Positions 1 through 10,313 of a DNA stretch of 64,000 nt are shown here, piece by piece. The position numbers and the translations under genes are program-made. The notes below the pieces were generated by a model that was given only the letters and a program-made list of their open reading frames with translations, had not been told where the DNA came from and ran no database searches. The number at the start of each line of letters is the position of its first letter. The stretch's first letter is position 1. Origin of the DNA: an uncultured Pseudomonadales bacterium. Lineage in GTDB: Bacteria > Patescibacteriota > Microgenomatia > UBA1400 > UBA12028. The stretch is from contig CAZWPK010000002.1 of NCBI GenBank assembly GCA_964635905.1, positions 141,621 through 205,620 on the forward strand, read 5' to 3'.

Positions 1-237
1 TGATGATCCAATTCGTTAGAGTCTCCGTCGTGGTGGAGGTGTTTTTAAGCGTGAGCCACTCTTTTTCACCTGCACCATTACACACAAAGATCTCATGGAA
101 TTGAATTGGTAGTTCCGTTTGGGCAAGCGTAGTTTTAACAGTGGTGCTAGAGAAAAGCACAACCAGAAACCCACACAGAGTGAATACGAGACGCTTCCCC
201 ACAAAAAATTTCCTGGGAAAAAACACTGGCTCCTCCC

Positions 238-1452
238 TTATACTTTACGCAAATAGTTAATGTTATTTATTTGACTTGTTTTATAGAACTTGGAAAACTC
301 TTTATCATACCCTTCGATCGGATCGTGAATGATGTAGTTTCCCTTCTCTCCACTTTTTATCACCAAAAAGTGTCCATCGAATGTTCCAATACGCATGTGC
401 ACAATGACTGGATTACTCTTTAACTCTTCATCAAGCTTCGCTTGAGAGTAGCCAGAACGCTCATATCGCCACCCGGATGGTGCTGGCCAAGGATGGAGCA
501 TATAGGCAGTATTCGAGAAGAAATAGCTTGTCGTCCGCGCGATAGAAACAGGAGTGACATTTTCTCCAAATTTCTTTTTGATCATGGCTGTACTACTGAC
601 GAGACAACCCACTTCCAAAATCCTGCCTTCGTTTTTGGTTCCGCAACTATTTCCGATACACACACCTGCGAAGCGCTCGTCGCGTTGAGAGAAAAACCAT
701 CCATCGGGACTATTTTGAGGTGGTAATACATTTGCACCACGCGCTTTGGCAAAGGAGGCAAAGGATGCTAATTCTGATTCAGCTTGCGACAACAGCTTTT
801 GATAATTGCTTTCATTGTTTTTGGTGTCCGTGAGTAACTTTCGTTTTGACTCTTCTTGGGCTTCTAAATCTTTCTTTTGGGATTCCAGTTTTTTTTGAAG
901 CGCAGCTACCGACTGTTGTTTCTTTTCCTTTTCATCCTTTTGCTGGTTGTAATCGATTTTTACTTGGGAGGTTTTCTTTAAGAGATTTTGATAATGGGAT
1001 TGGGCTAACTGGATGTATTTATACCGTGTATACAAGTCTGAGAAGCTCTTGGTTGAAAAGAGTAGTTCAAAGGACCCAATCTCTGGCTGTTTATACCCGT
1101 CCTGCACTTCGGTAAGAAGCGCCGCCACATACAAATCCAAATTTTGCTCTAACGTATCAATCTTGCCTTCCAGTGAGCCGATGTCACGTTCTAGTAAGGC
1201 AATCTCTAACTGCGTTGCCTCCATCTGCTTTTGCGTCAACGCTTTTTTATTGGTTAAGTAGGAAATCGCAGACGATAATGTCTTTGCTTCACCTTGAAGT
1301 TGTGAAATCTTTCCTTTTAATTCTTCAATCTCTTTTAACTTTTCCTGATATTTAGGATCTGTTTCATCCGCGCGAATGGACATCGGCATCAAAAGACTCG
1401 CCCCAAAGCCGACGACAACCACAAGCAAGAAAAAGTATTTTCCCAAGCGCAT
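238..1452 (-). CDS. Secreted coiled-coil protein with C-terminal papain-like cysteine peptidase domain (C39-like/CHAP-type); PcsB-like putative FtsEX-regulated peptidoglycan hydrolase
   Basis: N-terminal signal peptide (MRLGKYFFLLVVVVGFGASLL), ~250 aa of heptad-rich, Lys/Glu/Gln-rich coiled coil, and a C-terminal domain with GCLVSSTAMI (Cys motif) and DGHFLVIKSG...YIIHDP (His motif). ATG lies 3 nt after the ftsX stop. Confidence 0.5.
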   Translation of the reverse strand: MRLGKYFFLLVVVVGFGASLLMPMSIRADETDPKYQEKLKEIEELKGKISQLQGEAKTLSSAISYLTNKKALTQKQMEATQLEIALLERDIGSLEGKIDTLEQNLDLYVAALLTEVQDGYKQPEIGSFELLFSTKSFSDLYTRYKYIQLAQSHYQNLLKKTSQVKIDYNQQKDEKEKKQQSVAALQKKLESQKKDLEAQEESKRKLLTDTKNNESNYQKLLSQAESELASFASFAKARGANVLPPQNSPDGWFFSQRDERFAGVCIGNSCGTKNEGRILEVGCLVSSTAMIKKKFGENVTPVSIARTTSYFFSNTAYMLHPWPAPSGWRYERSGYSQAKLDEELKSNPVIVHMRIGTFDGHFLVIKSGEKGNYIIHDPIEGYDKEFSKFYKTSQINNINYLRKV

Positions 1453-1455
1453 GAC

Positions 1456-2334
1456 CTATAGCCCCTTTCGAACGAATCGCTTGACTGCAAATAAACTTGA
1501 GATGATACCGATACAGACACCGATGAGGACTCCACCACCAAGCATCCCGGCTAAGATGACTGGTGGGACTGGAAGAATCTTTAGCTGCGCAAAGAACGAG
1601 AGTAAGGTGGGAGTAAGGTACAGTAACACCGTGTAACTCACGATCCAACCAATTAAGGCTCCATAGACGCCATACGATACTCCCTCATAGACGAAGGGAC
1701 CCCGGATATACCACATACTCGCACCAAGTAAGCGCATAATCGAAATTTCAGAACGCTTCATGCCCACGCGCAAGCTCAAGATGACGAAAATCAGCATCAC
1801 GGTGATCACCACTAACACGGAGGTAATCACCAGTCCACCTGTGCGGATGGTTTTGGTCCAATACGAGAGATTCTCAATCACATCTTTTTGATAGACGACT
1901 TCTTCAACGCCGGCAAGCTTCTCCAAATCCCCTTGAATGGTTGAGAGTGATTCAATCGATGTCGCACTGACTTCCAAAGAGGCAGGGAGAATATCTGCCG
2001 TTACGAGCTCCAAGAGCAACGGATCTTTACTGTTTTCCTCTTTAAAAATTTCCAGTGCATCAAGTTTGGTGACGGCTTTGACCTCCGCCACATAGTCTTT
2101 TTCTTCCATTACTTGTTTTGCCGAAGCAACTTCCTCTGGAGAGGAGGTAACCGCAAAATAGGCAATGACTTGCGGACGTGTTTCGATATAATGAAGCGCG
2201 ACATTCGCGGTATACAGGAGTAGGACAAAACAATAGGCAACAAAAAAGGTCAGCGCCATCATCGACGTTGCTAGCATTGCCTGATAGGGGCTGCGGCGCA
2301 TATTACGAAAGGCTTGTTGCAGTGATCGAAACAT
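1456..2334 (-). CDS. ftsX: Cell division ABC transporter permease FtsX
   Basis: 292 aa. FtsX-like N-terminus (MFRSLQQAFRNMRRSPYQAM), one N-terminal TM, an extracellular domain, then three C-terminal TMs. Lies 4 nt downstream of ftsE. Confidence 0.75.
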   Translation of the reverse strand: MFRSLQQAFRNMRRSPYQAMLATSMMALTFFVAYCFVLLLYTANVALHYIETRPQVIAYFAVTSSPEEVASAKQVMEEKDYVAEVKAVTKLDALEIFKEENSKDPLLLELVTADILPASLEVSATSIESLSTIQGDLEKLAGVEEVVYQKDVIENLSYWTKTIRTGGLVITSVLVVITVMLIFVILSLRVGMKRSEISIMRLLGASMWYIRGPFVYEGVSYGVYGALIGWIVSYTVLLYLTPTLLSFFAQLKILPVPPVILAGMLGGGVLIGVCIGIISSLFAVKRFVRKGL

Positions 2335-2338
2335 AGGA

Positions 2339-3067
2339 TTAATCTACTTTCTTTTCCGACTTCTCTTCTGTTACATGCGATTCATCCTCGGTTTTCTTGT
2401 GACTTTTGGTTTCTTGATTTTCACGGACTTTTCCATCTTCCAAAAAGATCACGCGCTTATCAATCCGTTTGACTAAGGACAAATTATGCGTGGCCATGAT
2501 AATGGTAGTTCCAAGCTCGTTAATCTTGGCAAGCAATCGAACAATGGAATAGGCGGTTGAATCATCAAGGTTCCCGGTTGGTTCGTCCGCAAACAAGATT
2601 CTAGGTGCGGTTGCCAGGGCTCGTGCAATACACACGCGTTGCGCCTCTCCACCCGACAGTTGCGACGGGAAAACATCTTTCTTTTCTGGAAGTCCAATCA
2701 ACGTCAGCAATTCCATCGTACGCACGGCTATCTCTTCTTTTGGTTTTCCAATAATTTCTAAGCCTAAGGCAATATTCTCTTCGACCGTTCGCTCAGGCAA
2801 CAATTTGTAATCTTGAAAAATCACCCCGATCATTCGACGGAGCGCAATAATTTCTTTTTGTCGCAGCTTCCCAAAGGTAAGATCGCCAACGGTAATTTCG
2901 CCCACATCGGGAGTCGTTTGATGGGTCAGAAGTCGCATGATTGTTGTTTTGCCAGCCCCAGATTTTCCTACTAAGAAAATAAATTCACCAGGATTGATCA
3001 AAAACGTTGCATCCGACAACACTTCTTGTGAACCATATCGTTTCGTAACATTGGTAAAACGGAGCAT
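2339..3067 (-). CDS. ftsE: Cell division ATP-binding protein FtsE
   Basis: Walker [13 protein letters not shown] signature [15 protein letters not shown], Walker [13 protein letters not shown], and an H-loop. Confidence 0.85.
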   Translation of the reverse strand: MLRFTNVTKRYGSQEVLSDATFLINPGEFIFLVGKSGAGKTTIMRLLTHQTTPDVGEITVGDLTFGKLRQKEIIALRRMIGVIFQDYKLLPERTVEENIALGLEIIGKPKEEIAVRTMELLTLIGLPEKKDVFPSQLSGGEAQRVCIARALATAPRILFADEPTGNLDDSTAYSIVRLLAKINELGTTIIMATHNLSLVKRIDKRVIFLEDGKVRENQETKSHKKTEDESHVTEEKSEKKVD

Positions 3068-3121
3068 GGGAACACTTTACCAGAAAAGGAGGGTCGCTGT
3101 GAAGATGAAAAACTTAAAATT

Positions 3122-3751
3122 TTAGAAGTCTCCACCCTGCATTAACTTCTCAGGTTGCGCGCCATCTGGCAAGGAAGCATTGAGTTCCTGGACTTCTGCT
3201 CGACCAACATCCATTAACCATCCAGCTTTTTGTGCTTTAAAGGTTTCACCCCACACTTTTACTTTATGACCTTCAAACATTTTTAAATCAAGAACAGATG
3301 AGGTCAAGTAGACGGTCTGCGTCTTGCCTCCGGGACGGACGATATGATGTGAGCCTTCCCCTTCCAAGCCTCCGGCGACTAAGACTCCTTCTGCATTATC
3401 TTTAAAACTGCTCGTGTCCTGGGCTCCAAACACTTGGCCTACTTTCACGGCTGCCGCTAGATCACTGACTCCTTGAGCGTCAGTGGACGTATCAACCACC
3501 GTAACGGTTGGTTTGGTGGTAGAAGACGCAACTACATAGCCTGTACCAATTCCTAAGAGAATCACGACTCCTAATAAAGGAAGGAAGATGTTTTTTGATT
3601 TTGCCATAGTGTTTTCTTTTGCTAAATTGGACGCAAAAGCAGTAGTTGAACTTGGTACAGCACTACTCGGTTCTGCCGCGTTAGCCGGTGAAGTTGGCGT
3701 TGGTTGTGAATCGAACGAAATTTTCTCCATACGTGTTTTGAGTCTACACAC
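3122..3751 (-). CDS. Hypothetical membrane-anchored/secreted protein
   Basis: ORF with an internal Met followed by a hydrophobic helix (MAKSKNIFLPLLGVVILLGIG). No recognisable domain; the true start is probably the internal Met. Confidence 0.3.
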   Translation of the reverse strand: MCRLKTRMEKISFDSQPTPTSPANAAEPSSAVPSSTTAFASNLAKENTMAKSKNIFLPLLGVVILLGIGTGYVVASSTTKPTVTVVDTSTDAQGVSDLAAAVKVGQVFGAQDTSSFKDNAEGVLVAGGLEGEGSHHIVRPGGKTQTVYLTSSVLDLKMFEGHKVKVWGETFKAQKAGWLMDVGRAEVQELNASLPDGAQPEKLMQGGDF

Positions 3752-3778
3752 AAAGTTAAATTCTATCCACTAGCGATT

Positions 3779-4873
3779 TTACAGTTGACGCACACAGCTT
3801 TGCGTAAAGAGATCCAAATCACCATCTAAGACTGCCTGGGTATCACTTGTTTCGATTTTAGTACGGGTGTCTTTGACTAAATGGTAGGGATGTAAAACAT
3901 AATTTCGGATTTGATTACCCCATCCTGCCACTTTGTATTCTCCTTTGATTGCTGCCATTTCAGAACTTTTTGCTTGCTCTTCAAGTGCTGCTAATTTACT
4001 TTTTAAAATCGATACTGCCGTTTTCTTGTTCTGTTCTTGGTAGCGCTCCTGACGACATTCCACAATCATTCCCGTTGGGATATGCTTGAGAATGACGGCA
4101 CTATTTACTTTATTCACATTCTGACCCCCATGACCACCTGCTCGAGTGAATTGCCACTCTAAATCGTCAAGGTTTAACTCGATTTCTTTATCTTCTTCCG
4201 CAATTAACGGCAAGACATCGACGCCCACAAAAGAGGTCTGTCGAAGATTATCGGCGTTAAAGGGGGACAGTCGCACCAGTCGATGCGCTCCTGTTTCATG
4301 TTTGAGTAATCCGTAGACAAACTCTCCATGTACAAGGTAAGTTACCGACTTGAGTCCTTCTTCCGCTCGTGACTCGTCAACCAACTCCCATTTCCATTCT
4401 TTTAAATCAAAATAGCGACTGTACATTCGAGACACCATACTCGCCCAATCACAAGCCTCGGTTCCACCTTGACCTGCATGAATGGTAAGGACGGCATCAC
4501 GATGATCGTACTTTCCCGACAGAAATGTTTGAATTTCCAGATTAGAAAGGATTGTGTCGACGGTATGTTGGGTAGAAAAATATTCAGACTGCAAACTTTG
4601 ATCTGGGGTTTCCTTTAACAACTCTTCCATTGACGAGAGATCGTAAAACAAATCCTGAATGTGAGTAATTTCTTTCAGGGTTGATTCAAGCGAAGCAATC
4701 TCTTGACCTACATTTTTTACTTCTGTTTGATCATTCCAAAACGCCGGATCTTCGCGTAACTGCGAAAGCGTGGTTAATCGCTGCCGTTTTTCTTCCACTC
4801 CAAGTCGGGAAACAATTCCAGTGAATTTTTCCTGTAAGGCTTGCGTTTTTGTAAGAGTTTCAAATTCGAGCAT
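3779..4873 (-). CDS. prfB: Peptide chain release factor 2
   Basis: SPF tripeptide (RLSPFNAD), GGQ motif (GGHGGQNVNKV), and the RF-1/RF-2 C-terminal domain. One continuous ORF from MLEFETL; no +1 frameshift site. Confidence 0.85.
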   Translation of the reverse strand: MLEFETLTKTQALQEKFTGIVSRLGVEEKRQRLTTLSQLREDPAFWNDQTEVKNVGQEIASLESTLKEITHIQDLFYDLSSMEELLKETPDQSLQSEYFSTQHTVDTILSNLEIQTFLSGKYDHRDAVLTIHAGQGGTEACDWASMVSRMYSRYFDLKEWKWELVDESRAEEGLKSVTYLVHGEFVYGLLKHETGAHRLVRLSPFNADNLRQTSFVGVDVLPLIAEEDKEIELNLDDLEWQFTRAGGHGGQNVNKVNSAVILKHIPTGMIVECRQERYQEQNKKTAVSILKSKLAALEEQAKSSEMAAIKGEYKVAGWGNQIRNYVLHPYHLVKDTRTKIETSDTQAVLDGDLDLFTQSCVRQL

Positions 4874-4889
4874 GGTAAACGGTATTGTA

Positions 4890-5738
4890 CTAGATAGAAA
4901 ACAAAGTCGCTGCGTTCTCACTCGTTTGCTGATCCAGGCTTTCTACACTAGTCCCTAAAATTGTCGCGACAAACGCAGCCGTTTGGACAATATTTTCGGG
5001 GGAGTTCACGCTTCCGCGCAGCCCTTGCGGCGACAAAAATGGCGCATCCGTTTCAAGCAGCAATCGATTAGGAGGAACCAGTTTGAGCAGTGACTGAATC
5101 TCTTTCGATGAGGGGTAGGTCACATTCCCTGCAAAACTAACATATCCTCCCAAATTTAGACAGGCGTTAACATACTCCAACGGTCCCGAGACACAATGCA
5201 GGACAAAACGCGGTAACACATTGTCTGCTTTAAGCGTTGTTAACAAGGTACGCAGATCCGCATAGGCATCAAACGGTCCACCTTCCTTCCCTCGTGTGGA
5301 TCGGCAGTGGATGGTGAGTGGTACGAGAAGATTGTGGGCTAAGCGTGCCTGCATCAAAAATAATTCAGACTGAAGCTTGCGGATTGCGTTATCGTACTCG
5401 GAGTCTGACTGCAAGAAACTATAATCTAGGCCACATTCTCCAATGGCAACGCAGCTAGTATCGTTGGCGATGACACCTAGTTCTCGTTTCCATAGAGAAA
5501 GAAGCTTTTTCTGATTTGACTGCGAAAATTGACCAAGAAAGCTTCCCAGCTCGGGATGAATTCCGACCGTAGCGTACTGATGGAAGCGTTTGGCAATCTC
5601 AACTGCCTGGATACTACTCGAAATGTCCGTTCCTACAATCACAAGTTTCGTCACGCCGACAAGCATCGCGCGTTCTACGACTGTCGACGCCTGCGCAGAT
5701 AAGGGAGATAGATTTAGATGACAATGTGTATCAACCAT
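4890..5738 (-). CDS. tatD: TatD-family metal-dependent DNase/hydrolase
   Basis: MVDTHCHLNL N-terminus with His/Asp/Glu metal-ligand pattern (GLDYSF, HCRS, LETDAPFL) typical of TatD. Confidence 0.8.
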   Translation of the reverse strand: MVDTHCHLNLSPLSAQASTVVERAMLVGVTKLVIVGTDISSSIQAVEIAKRFHQYATVGIHPELGSFLGQFSQSNQKKLLSLWKRELGVIANDTSCVAIGECGLDYSFLQSDSEYDNAIRKLQSELFLMQARLAHNLLVPLTIHCRSTRGKEGGPFDAYADLRTLLTTLKADNVLPRFVLHCVSGPLEYVNACLNLGGYVSFAGNVTYPSSKEIQSLLKLVPPNRLLLETDAPFLSPQGLRGSVNSPENIVQTAAFVATILGTSVESLDQQTSENAATLFSI

Positions 5739-5806
5739 AGGGGATATGTAGCCATTTGATCAAGGTTATTCTAGCTTTTTTAGTTCAAAAGCGATAGAAT
5801 GACCCC

Positions 5807-6031
5807 ATGCCTATCGGGACAATTCTTTTATCCGCCCAAATTGTAGTTTCTCTCCTCCTTATTGGAGCTATCCTCTTGCAGGCTCAAGGATCCGGACTGG
5901 GATCAACTTGGGGTGGGGGTGGCGAAAGTTATCACACCAAGCGTGGGGTTGAGCGCACCCTGTTTGGGGCAACCATTGTCCTCATTTGTGTGTTTCTTGC
6001 GTTATCGCTGGCATCAATCGTTCTATTGTAG
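5807..6031 (+). CDS. secG: Preprotein translocase subunit SecG (probable)
   Basis: 74 aa with two TM helices and LLQAQGSGLGSTWGGGG, matching the SecG LLQ.GKG.G.G..FGG signature. Confidence 0.55.
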   Translation: MPIGTILLSAQIVVSLLLIGAILLQAQGSGLGSTWGGGGESYHTKRGVERTLFGATIVLICVFLALSLASIVLL

Positions 6032-6044
6032 ACTGTAACACTTC

Positions 6045-7520
6045 ATGATTACCGCAATTAAAATTCGCTGGTACGTAGAAGGTTTCTTGAAAAAATACGG
6101 AATCGTTGTCGGGGTGAGCACCGTCATTGGCATTATCCTCTTTGTCATCCTGCCCAACCTTCTCTCGTCCATTCCATTATTTAAACCTACCAGTTACATT
6201 GGTAGAGTTGGGGCGTTTCCGCTGTCCCGTCTGCCTAGAGATATTCAAGACAAAGTCAGTATGGGTTTGACTAGAGCTACCGAGGATGGTCAGTTTGTCC
6301 CTGCACTAGCATCGTCGTTTCATATTGAAGAAGAGGGCAAAGCGTACCGTTTCACCATCCGACCCAATGTCCTTTGGCAAGATGGAACCGAAACAACTCC
6401 CGCAGATGTCTCCTATGTTTTTGCTGACATTGATATTGCTCGATCTCAAAATGATATTGTATATCGAATTCGCCCGCCAAAAGATGATCAGACGCCGGCG
6501 CAACCGTTTTTACCATCTTCCTTTTTATCACTGGTCTCACAGCCACTGTTTAAACAGCAGCAAACCAAACGGTTTTTCTTCTTTGAAAAGAATACGATTT
6601 ATGGTTTGGGTGAGTACCACATCACCTCGTTTAAGTACGCGGGACCGTCACTTCGAGAAATTACGTTGGAGTCCGATCGAGAACGGTTAGTCTATCGTTT
6701 TTATCAAACAGAACATGATGCCATTATTGCCTTTAAACATGGAAACGTCGGGCGACTGGAACTAATCCAAGATATTGAAGATCTTAAAGATTGGCAAACT
6801 GTGGGAAAACGTATCGAGTCCCATGACGATCAGTATGTCGCCCTTTTTTTTAATTTAAACTACTCAGACGGCGATAGCGGACAGCCCTACAATAATCGGA
6901 ATTTACGTCAGGCATTGAATTTATCGTTACAAAAACCCCAAGGGAATGATCGCATCCTCTCTCCAATCTATAAACGCTCTTGGGCATATGTGGGTGATGA
7001 AGCAGACATCGATCGCTTTGAGCAGGATTTAACCGCAGCCATCGAAACGCTCTCAAAAGCAGAGTTACAAAAGCCGGTTACAGTAGAACTGACCACCATT
7101 CCCACTTACATGTTGAAAGCAGAAACGATTAAAAAAAGTTGGGAAGAGCTTGGGGCTCTAACACAGGCAAACTGTCAAAAAAGTAACGGCAAGAACTGTG
7201 ATAACTTCAAAATTTCAGTCCAAATCCGCTTAAGTAATGTTCCTGATCTTTCCAATTACCAAGTGTTATTAGTTGGACAACAAATCCCCATTGATCCCGA
7301 TCAATATACCTTTTGGCACTCTACCCAACAAACTAACTTTACGCATTATAAAAACGCACGGGTGGATAAGCTCTTAGAAGATGCTAGAAAATCTACAAAT
7401 CGGGAAGAACGAAAACTGTACTATCAGGAGTTCCAACGCATCTTAATTAAAGACTCCCCAGCGATCTTTTTGGAACCGATCAAAACCTATACGGTCTGGC
7501 ACAAGAGCGATATTCTTTAA
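6045..7520 (+). CDS. ABC transporter substrate-binding protein, family 5 (peptide/oligopeptide-binding-like), membrane-anchored
   Basis: N-terminal TM anchor. C-terminal family-5 solute-binding-protein signature (ARVDKLLEDARKSTNREERKLYYQEFQRILIKDSPAIFL). Confidence 0.45.
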   Translation: MITAIKIRWYVEGFLKKYGIVVGVSTVIGIILFVILPNLLSSIPLFKPTSYIGRVGAFPLSRLPRDIQDKVSMGLTRATEDGQFVPALASSFHIEEEGKAYRFTIRPNVLWQDGTETTPADVSYVFADIDIARSQNDIVYRIRPPKDDQTPAQPFLPSSFLSLVSQPLFKQQQTKRFFFFEKNTIYGLGEYHITSFKYAGPSLREITLESDRERLVYRFYQTEHDAIIAFKHGNVGRLELIQDIEDLKDWQTVGKRIESHDDQYVALFFNLNYSDGDSGQPYNNRNLRQALNLSLQKPQGNDRILSPIYKRSWAYVGDEADIDRFEQDLTAAIETLSKAELQKPVTVELTTIPTYMLKAETIKKSWEELGALTQANCQKSNGKNCDNFKISVQIRLSNVPDLSNYQVLLVGQQIPIDPDQYTFWHSTQQTNFTHYKNARVDKLLEDARKSTNREERKLYYQEFQRILIKDSPAIFLEPIKTYTVWHKSDIL

Positions 7521-8842
7521 CCTGTAGTTCGTTGATATAACTCTGGAATTGAATTTTCAAACAGAATCACGGCAGTAGGCTTTAGCTTACTTGAAATCTG
7601 GTTCATTCCTTCGATTTCATTTGCAGCGACGATAATTGATTGATCGTCAAACCCTGCCTGCTTTAAACCCTTGAGCAATGCGGCAGTATTCACGCCCTCC
7701 ATAATCAGAGCCAAATCAGCCACCTTGGCAATCTGTGCTCCAAAGGTTTGATTGTAGGTCTCCTGGTCGTTACCTAATTCCACAAATCCAGGAGTACAAA
7801 CTATTTTCTGACTCCCTTCTAGTTGTGAAAGTACTTCCAGTGCTTGGACTGCGCTAACTGGATTGGAGTTATAACCGTTATCCAGAACCAAAATTTGTCG
7901 TTCCAACAGTGTCGGTTCTAATCGATGGGGGACAACCGGTAATGACGACAGTTGTGATCGAATTTGTTGTACGCTCATGCCTAATTTTTTTGCCAACAGA
8001 ATTGCAGGGAGGGTGTTTTCAGCATTGTGTCGACCAAAAAGGGAGATAAACAGAGGATCCTTAAAAAAAGAAGGTACAAAAAACTCCGTGCCGGCACGCG
8101 ACACCTGTACGTGTACGATTAATTCAGGATCATAGTAACTACATCGAGCATCTAACCCTAATTTCTTGGCAATGCGTTGATTTGCCTGATGCACTATCCC
8201 TTGGGCTTTTGAAAAACGCAGGACATCAAAAATCTCTGTTTCAATTTCCAACGGACTTTCAAATCGTTCAAGATGCGCAATGGTAATGGGTGTAATCACT
8301 GCATAGGCTGGTGCCACAAAGGAAGTTAACGCCGCAATATCACCGCGATCATACTCTCCCATTTCTACGATGAAATAGTGATGCGATGCTGTTAAAGAGT
8401 TCGTAATTTCTTTGGCGATTCCTAATGCCCGGTTAATATTTCCGGGCGTTGAGTGAACACGATACGCGCCGGACAGCACATGGGATAACGTATGTTTGGT
8501 GGACGTTTTTGCATAACTTCCCACGACAGCAATTACGGTTAAGCCACGCCGCTGTAATCGTCGTAATTTCCAGGTTGCGGCCGTTAGGATCCATTGGGTA
8601 ACAAGCCACTGCGGGACCGAAAGCAAGAAAAGTCCAAGCAACAGTGCCCTGTCTTCACCGACAATCAAGCCAACAGTTCTAGCGATCGCTTCAAGCAGTC
8701 GTAATTTAAAGGTTACTTTTTTGGGAGTAATCGTAGCTCCAGGTTCAGGATGCGATTCCATCCATTCTGCATAATGACGCCATTCATATTCTCCTTGTTG
8801 AAGAATTGCCAACTTTGTCTGCAATGCGTGATCTTTTTTCAT
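7517..8842 (-). CDS. murF: Mur ligase family protein, MurF-like
   Basis: GSYAKTSTKHTL (degenerate GxxGKT), TPGNINRALGI (MurF TxGNLNNxIG), and middle-domain VEMGEYDRGDIAAL...AVITPITIAHLE. Confidence 0.5.
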   Translation of the reverse strand: MKKDHALQTKLAILQQGEYEWRHYAEWMESHPEPGATITPKKVTFKLRLLEAIARTVGLIVGEDRALLLGLFLLSVPQWLVTQWILTAATWKLRRLQRRGLTVIAVVGSYAKTSTKHTLSHVLSGAYRVHSTPGNINRALGIAKEITNSLTASHHYFIVEMGEYDRGDIAALTSFVAPAYAVITPITIAHLERFESPLEIETEIFDVLRFSKAQGIVHQANQRIAKKLGLDARCSYYDPELIVHVQVSRAGTEFFVPSFFKDPLFISLFGRHNAENTLPAILLAKKLGMSVQQIRSQLSSLPVVPHRLEPTLLERQILVLDNGYNSNPVSAVQALEVLSQLEGSQKIVCTPGFVELGNDQETYNQTFGAQIAKVADLALIMEGVNTAALLKGLKQAGFDDQSIIVAANEIEGMNQISSKLKPTAVILFENSIPELYQRTTG

Positions 8843-9651
8843 GATGAGTCCTTTAAAAACGTACTGATCGCCTCCGCTACAGCTTGAGGATGATCATGAT
8901 GGGGAAAATGCCCGCTTTCAAAAACTTTCAGCTGACTGTTTGGAATTAAACGATGAAATTCTTCACCATGCCACAACGGCGGGAATTTGGGTAACCGTCC
9001 CCAGACTAAGAGCGTGGGAATGGAGATACGAGAGAGTTGCAATCGAAGATCTTCCGTTAAGATTTTTTGGAGTGTAGCTTTTTGAAACGGAGTTGCAGCC
9101 AGATAGTCTGTCTCCGCTCCAAAGCGTTGATAGATTCGTTCTTTTACTTGCGTTGAAGCAGCCTGCTTTAATTTGGAAGGTAGGACCGTAGATAGTGTGC
9201 GAAGCATTTTCTGTTTCGCACTTAATTCGTAGCGAATACCGGAGGCATCAATGAGTATTTGCTTGGCTGGTTGGAATTGGCGCTGCATGGCGGTATAGTC
9301 AACCAAAATTTTTCCTCCAAACGAATGCCCTGCACAATAGAAAGGTTTTGCAGTGGGTGTGATTCCAACTATGGAAAGAAACTGTTCAAACCAGATTGAA
9401 TAGTCACTGGTAGACCATCCCGTAGCGGGACTCTCAGACTTCCCAAATCCTGGAAGGTCTATCGCAATCACTGTAAAGGCATCGGAAAGATAGGGGATGA
9501 CGGGAAGCCACGCCTCCCAAGTATTTGCCCACCCGTGCAGTAGAAATAACTTGGGTCCCTTCCCGGTAACTTCATACGCAACTGATCTGTCAGATACTTG
9601 TACGATTGCCATATTCTCCATTATACTTGGGCCGTATGAAAAAAGCCGCAC
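8839..9651 (-). CDS. Alpha/beta-fold hydrolase
   Basis: HGWANTWEAW, nucleophile elbow GHSFGG, and C-terminal His. Its stop overlaps the murF-like start (ATGA). Confidence 0.6.
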   Translation of the reverse strand: MRLFSYGPSIMENMAIVQVSDRSVAYEVTGKGPKLFLLHGWANTWEAWLPVIPYLSDAFTVIAIDLPGFGKSESPATGWSTSDYSIWFEQFLSIVGITPTAKPFYCAGHSFGGKILVDYTAMQRQFQPAKQILIDASGIRYELSAKQKMLRTLSTVLPSKLKQAASTQVKERIYQRFGAETDYLAATPFQKATLQKILTEDLRLQLSRISIPTLLVWGRLPKFPPLWHGEEFHRLIPNSQLKVFESGHFPHHDHPQAVAEAISTFLKDSS

Positions 9652-10241
9652 TTCTTATCACAATAACACTGCTACTAAGCGCGTGTTCCAAAAGCCCTAG
9701 TGTAGATTCGAACGCTCTACCGTACAATACCACTCCAACTGGGACACCGCTTGCCAGCCCGAGTCCGACAGTTAGTCCAACTGCTAGTGCGAGTGCAACA
9801 CCAACAACGAAAGGAATCTCTATGACGAGAGCAAAAATTGAAACTTCTAAAGGAATTATTGAATTGGAACTCTATCCTGATACGGCTCCCGGGACAGTAA
9901 GCAATTTTACAAGCAAAGCCGCTTCTGGATTCTACAAAAACCTCACGTTTCATCGAGTTGAGGACTGGGTGATCCAAGGCGGAGATCCCGTAGGAAATGG
10001 AACCGGTGGTGGGAAAATGCCAACGGAGCTCTCTGATGTTCCATTCGTAGAAGGCTCCCTTGGTGTCGCACGTGGAGGAGACATTAAAGTGAGTAACGAT
10101 GCACAATTCTTTATTTGTACTCAAGAGTGTAGCTGGCTAAATGGCCAATACACCATTTTTGGAAAAGTTACCAAAGGCATGGATATTGTAAAAAAGATTG
10201 CAATCGGAGATAAGATCTTGTCGGTAACCACGTCCAAATAA
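9636..10241 (+). CDS. ppiB: Peptidyl-prolyl cis-trans isomerase, cyclophilin-type lipoprotein
   Basis: Lipobox MKKAALLITITLLLSAC, Pro/Thr-rich linker, and cyclophilin motifs FHRVEDWVIQGGDPVGNGTGG and YTIFGKV. The ORF-track start at 9606 is a TTG; the ATG at 9636 is preferred. Confidence 0.8.
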   Translation: MKKAALLITITLLLSACSKSPSVDSNALPYNTTPTGTPLASPSPTVSPTASASATPTTKGISMTRAKIETSKGIIELELYPDTAPGTVSNFTSKAASGFYKNLTFHRVEDWVIQGGDPVGNGTGGGKMPTELSDVPFVEGSLGVARGGDIKVSNDAQFFICTQECSWLNGQYTIFGKVTKGMDIVKKIAIGDKILSVTTSK

Positions 10242-10313
10242 AACGACAAGGCTAGTGTTAAGCTTTTTTTGGACTGGAGCAATCTGTTGTGACAATAACT
10301 GGTAGGTAATCTC

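Noticed and set aside
16-204. 62-aa minus-strand ORF (signal-peptide-like N-terminus, basic C-terminus) downstream of the PcsB-like gene
   Set aside because: Short, with no motif and no obvious start context. May be a real small secreted peptide but cannot be supported from sequence alone.
3779-4921. Looked for the programmed +1 frameshift site (CUU UGA C) usually present in prfB
   Set aside because: RF2 is encoded in one uninterrupted frame from MLEFETL. The upstream 16 codons of the ORF are just read-through into the tatD 3' end. No frameshift.
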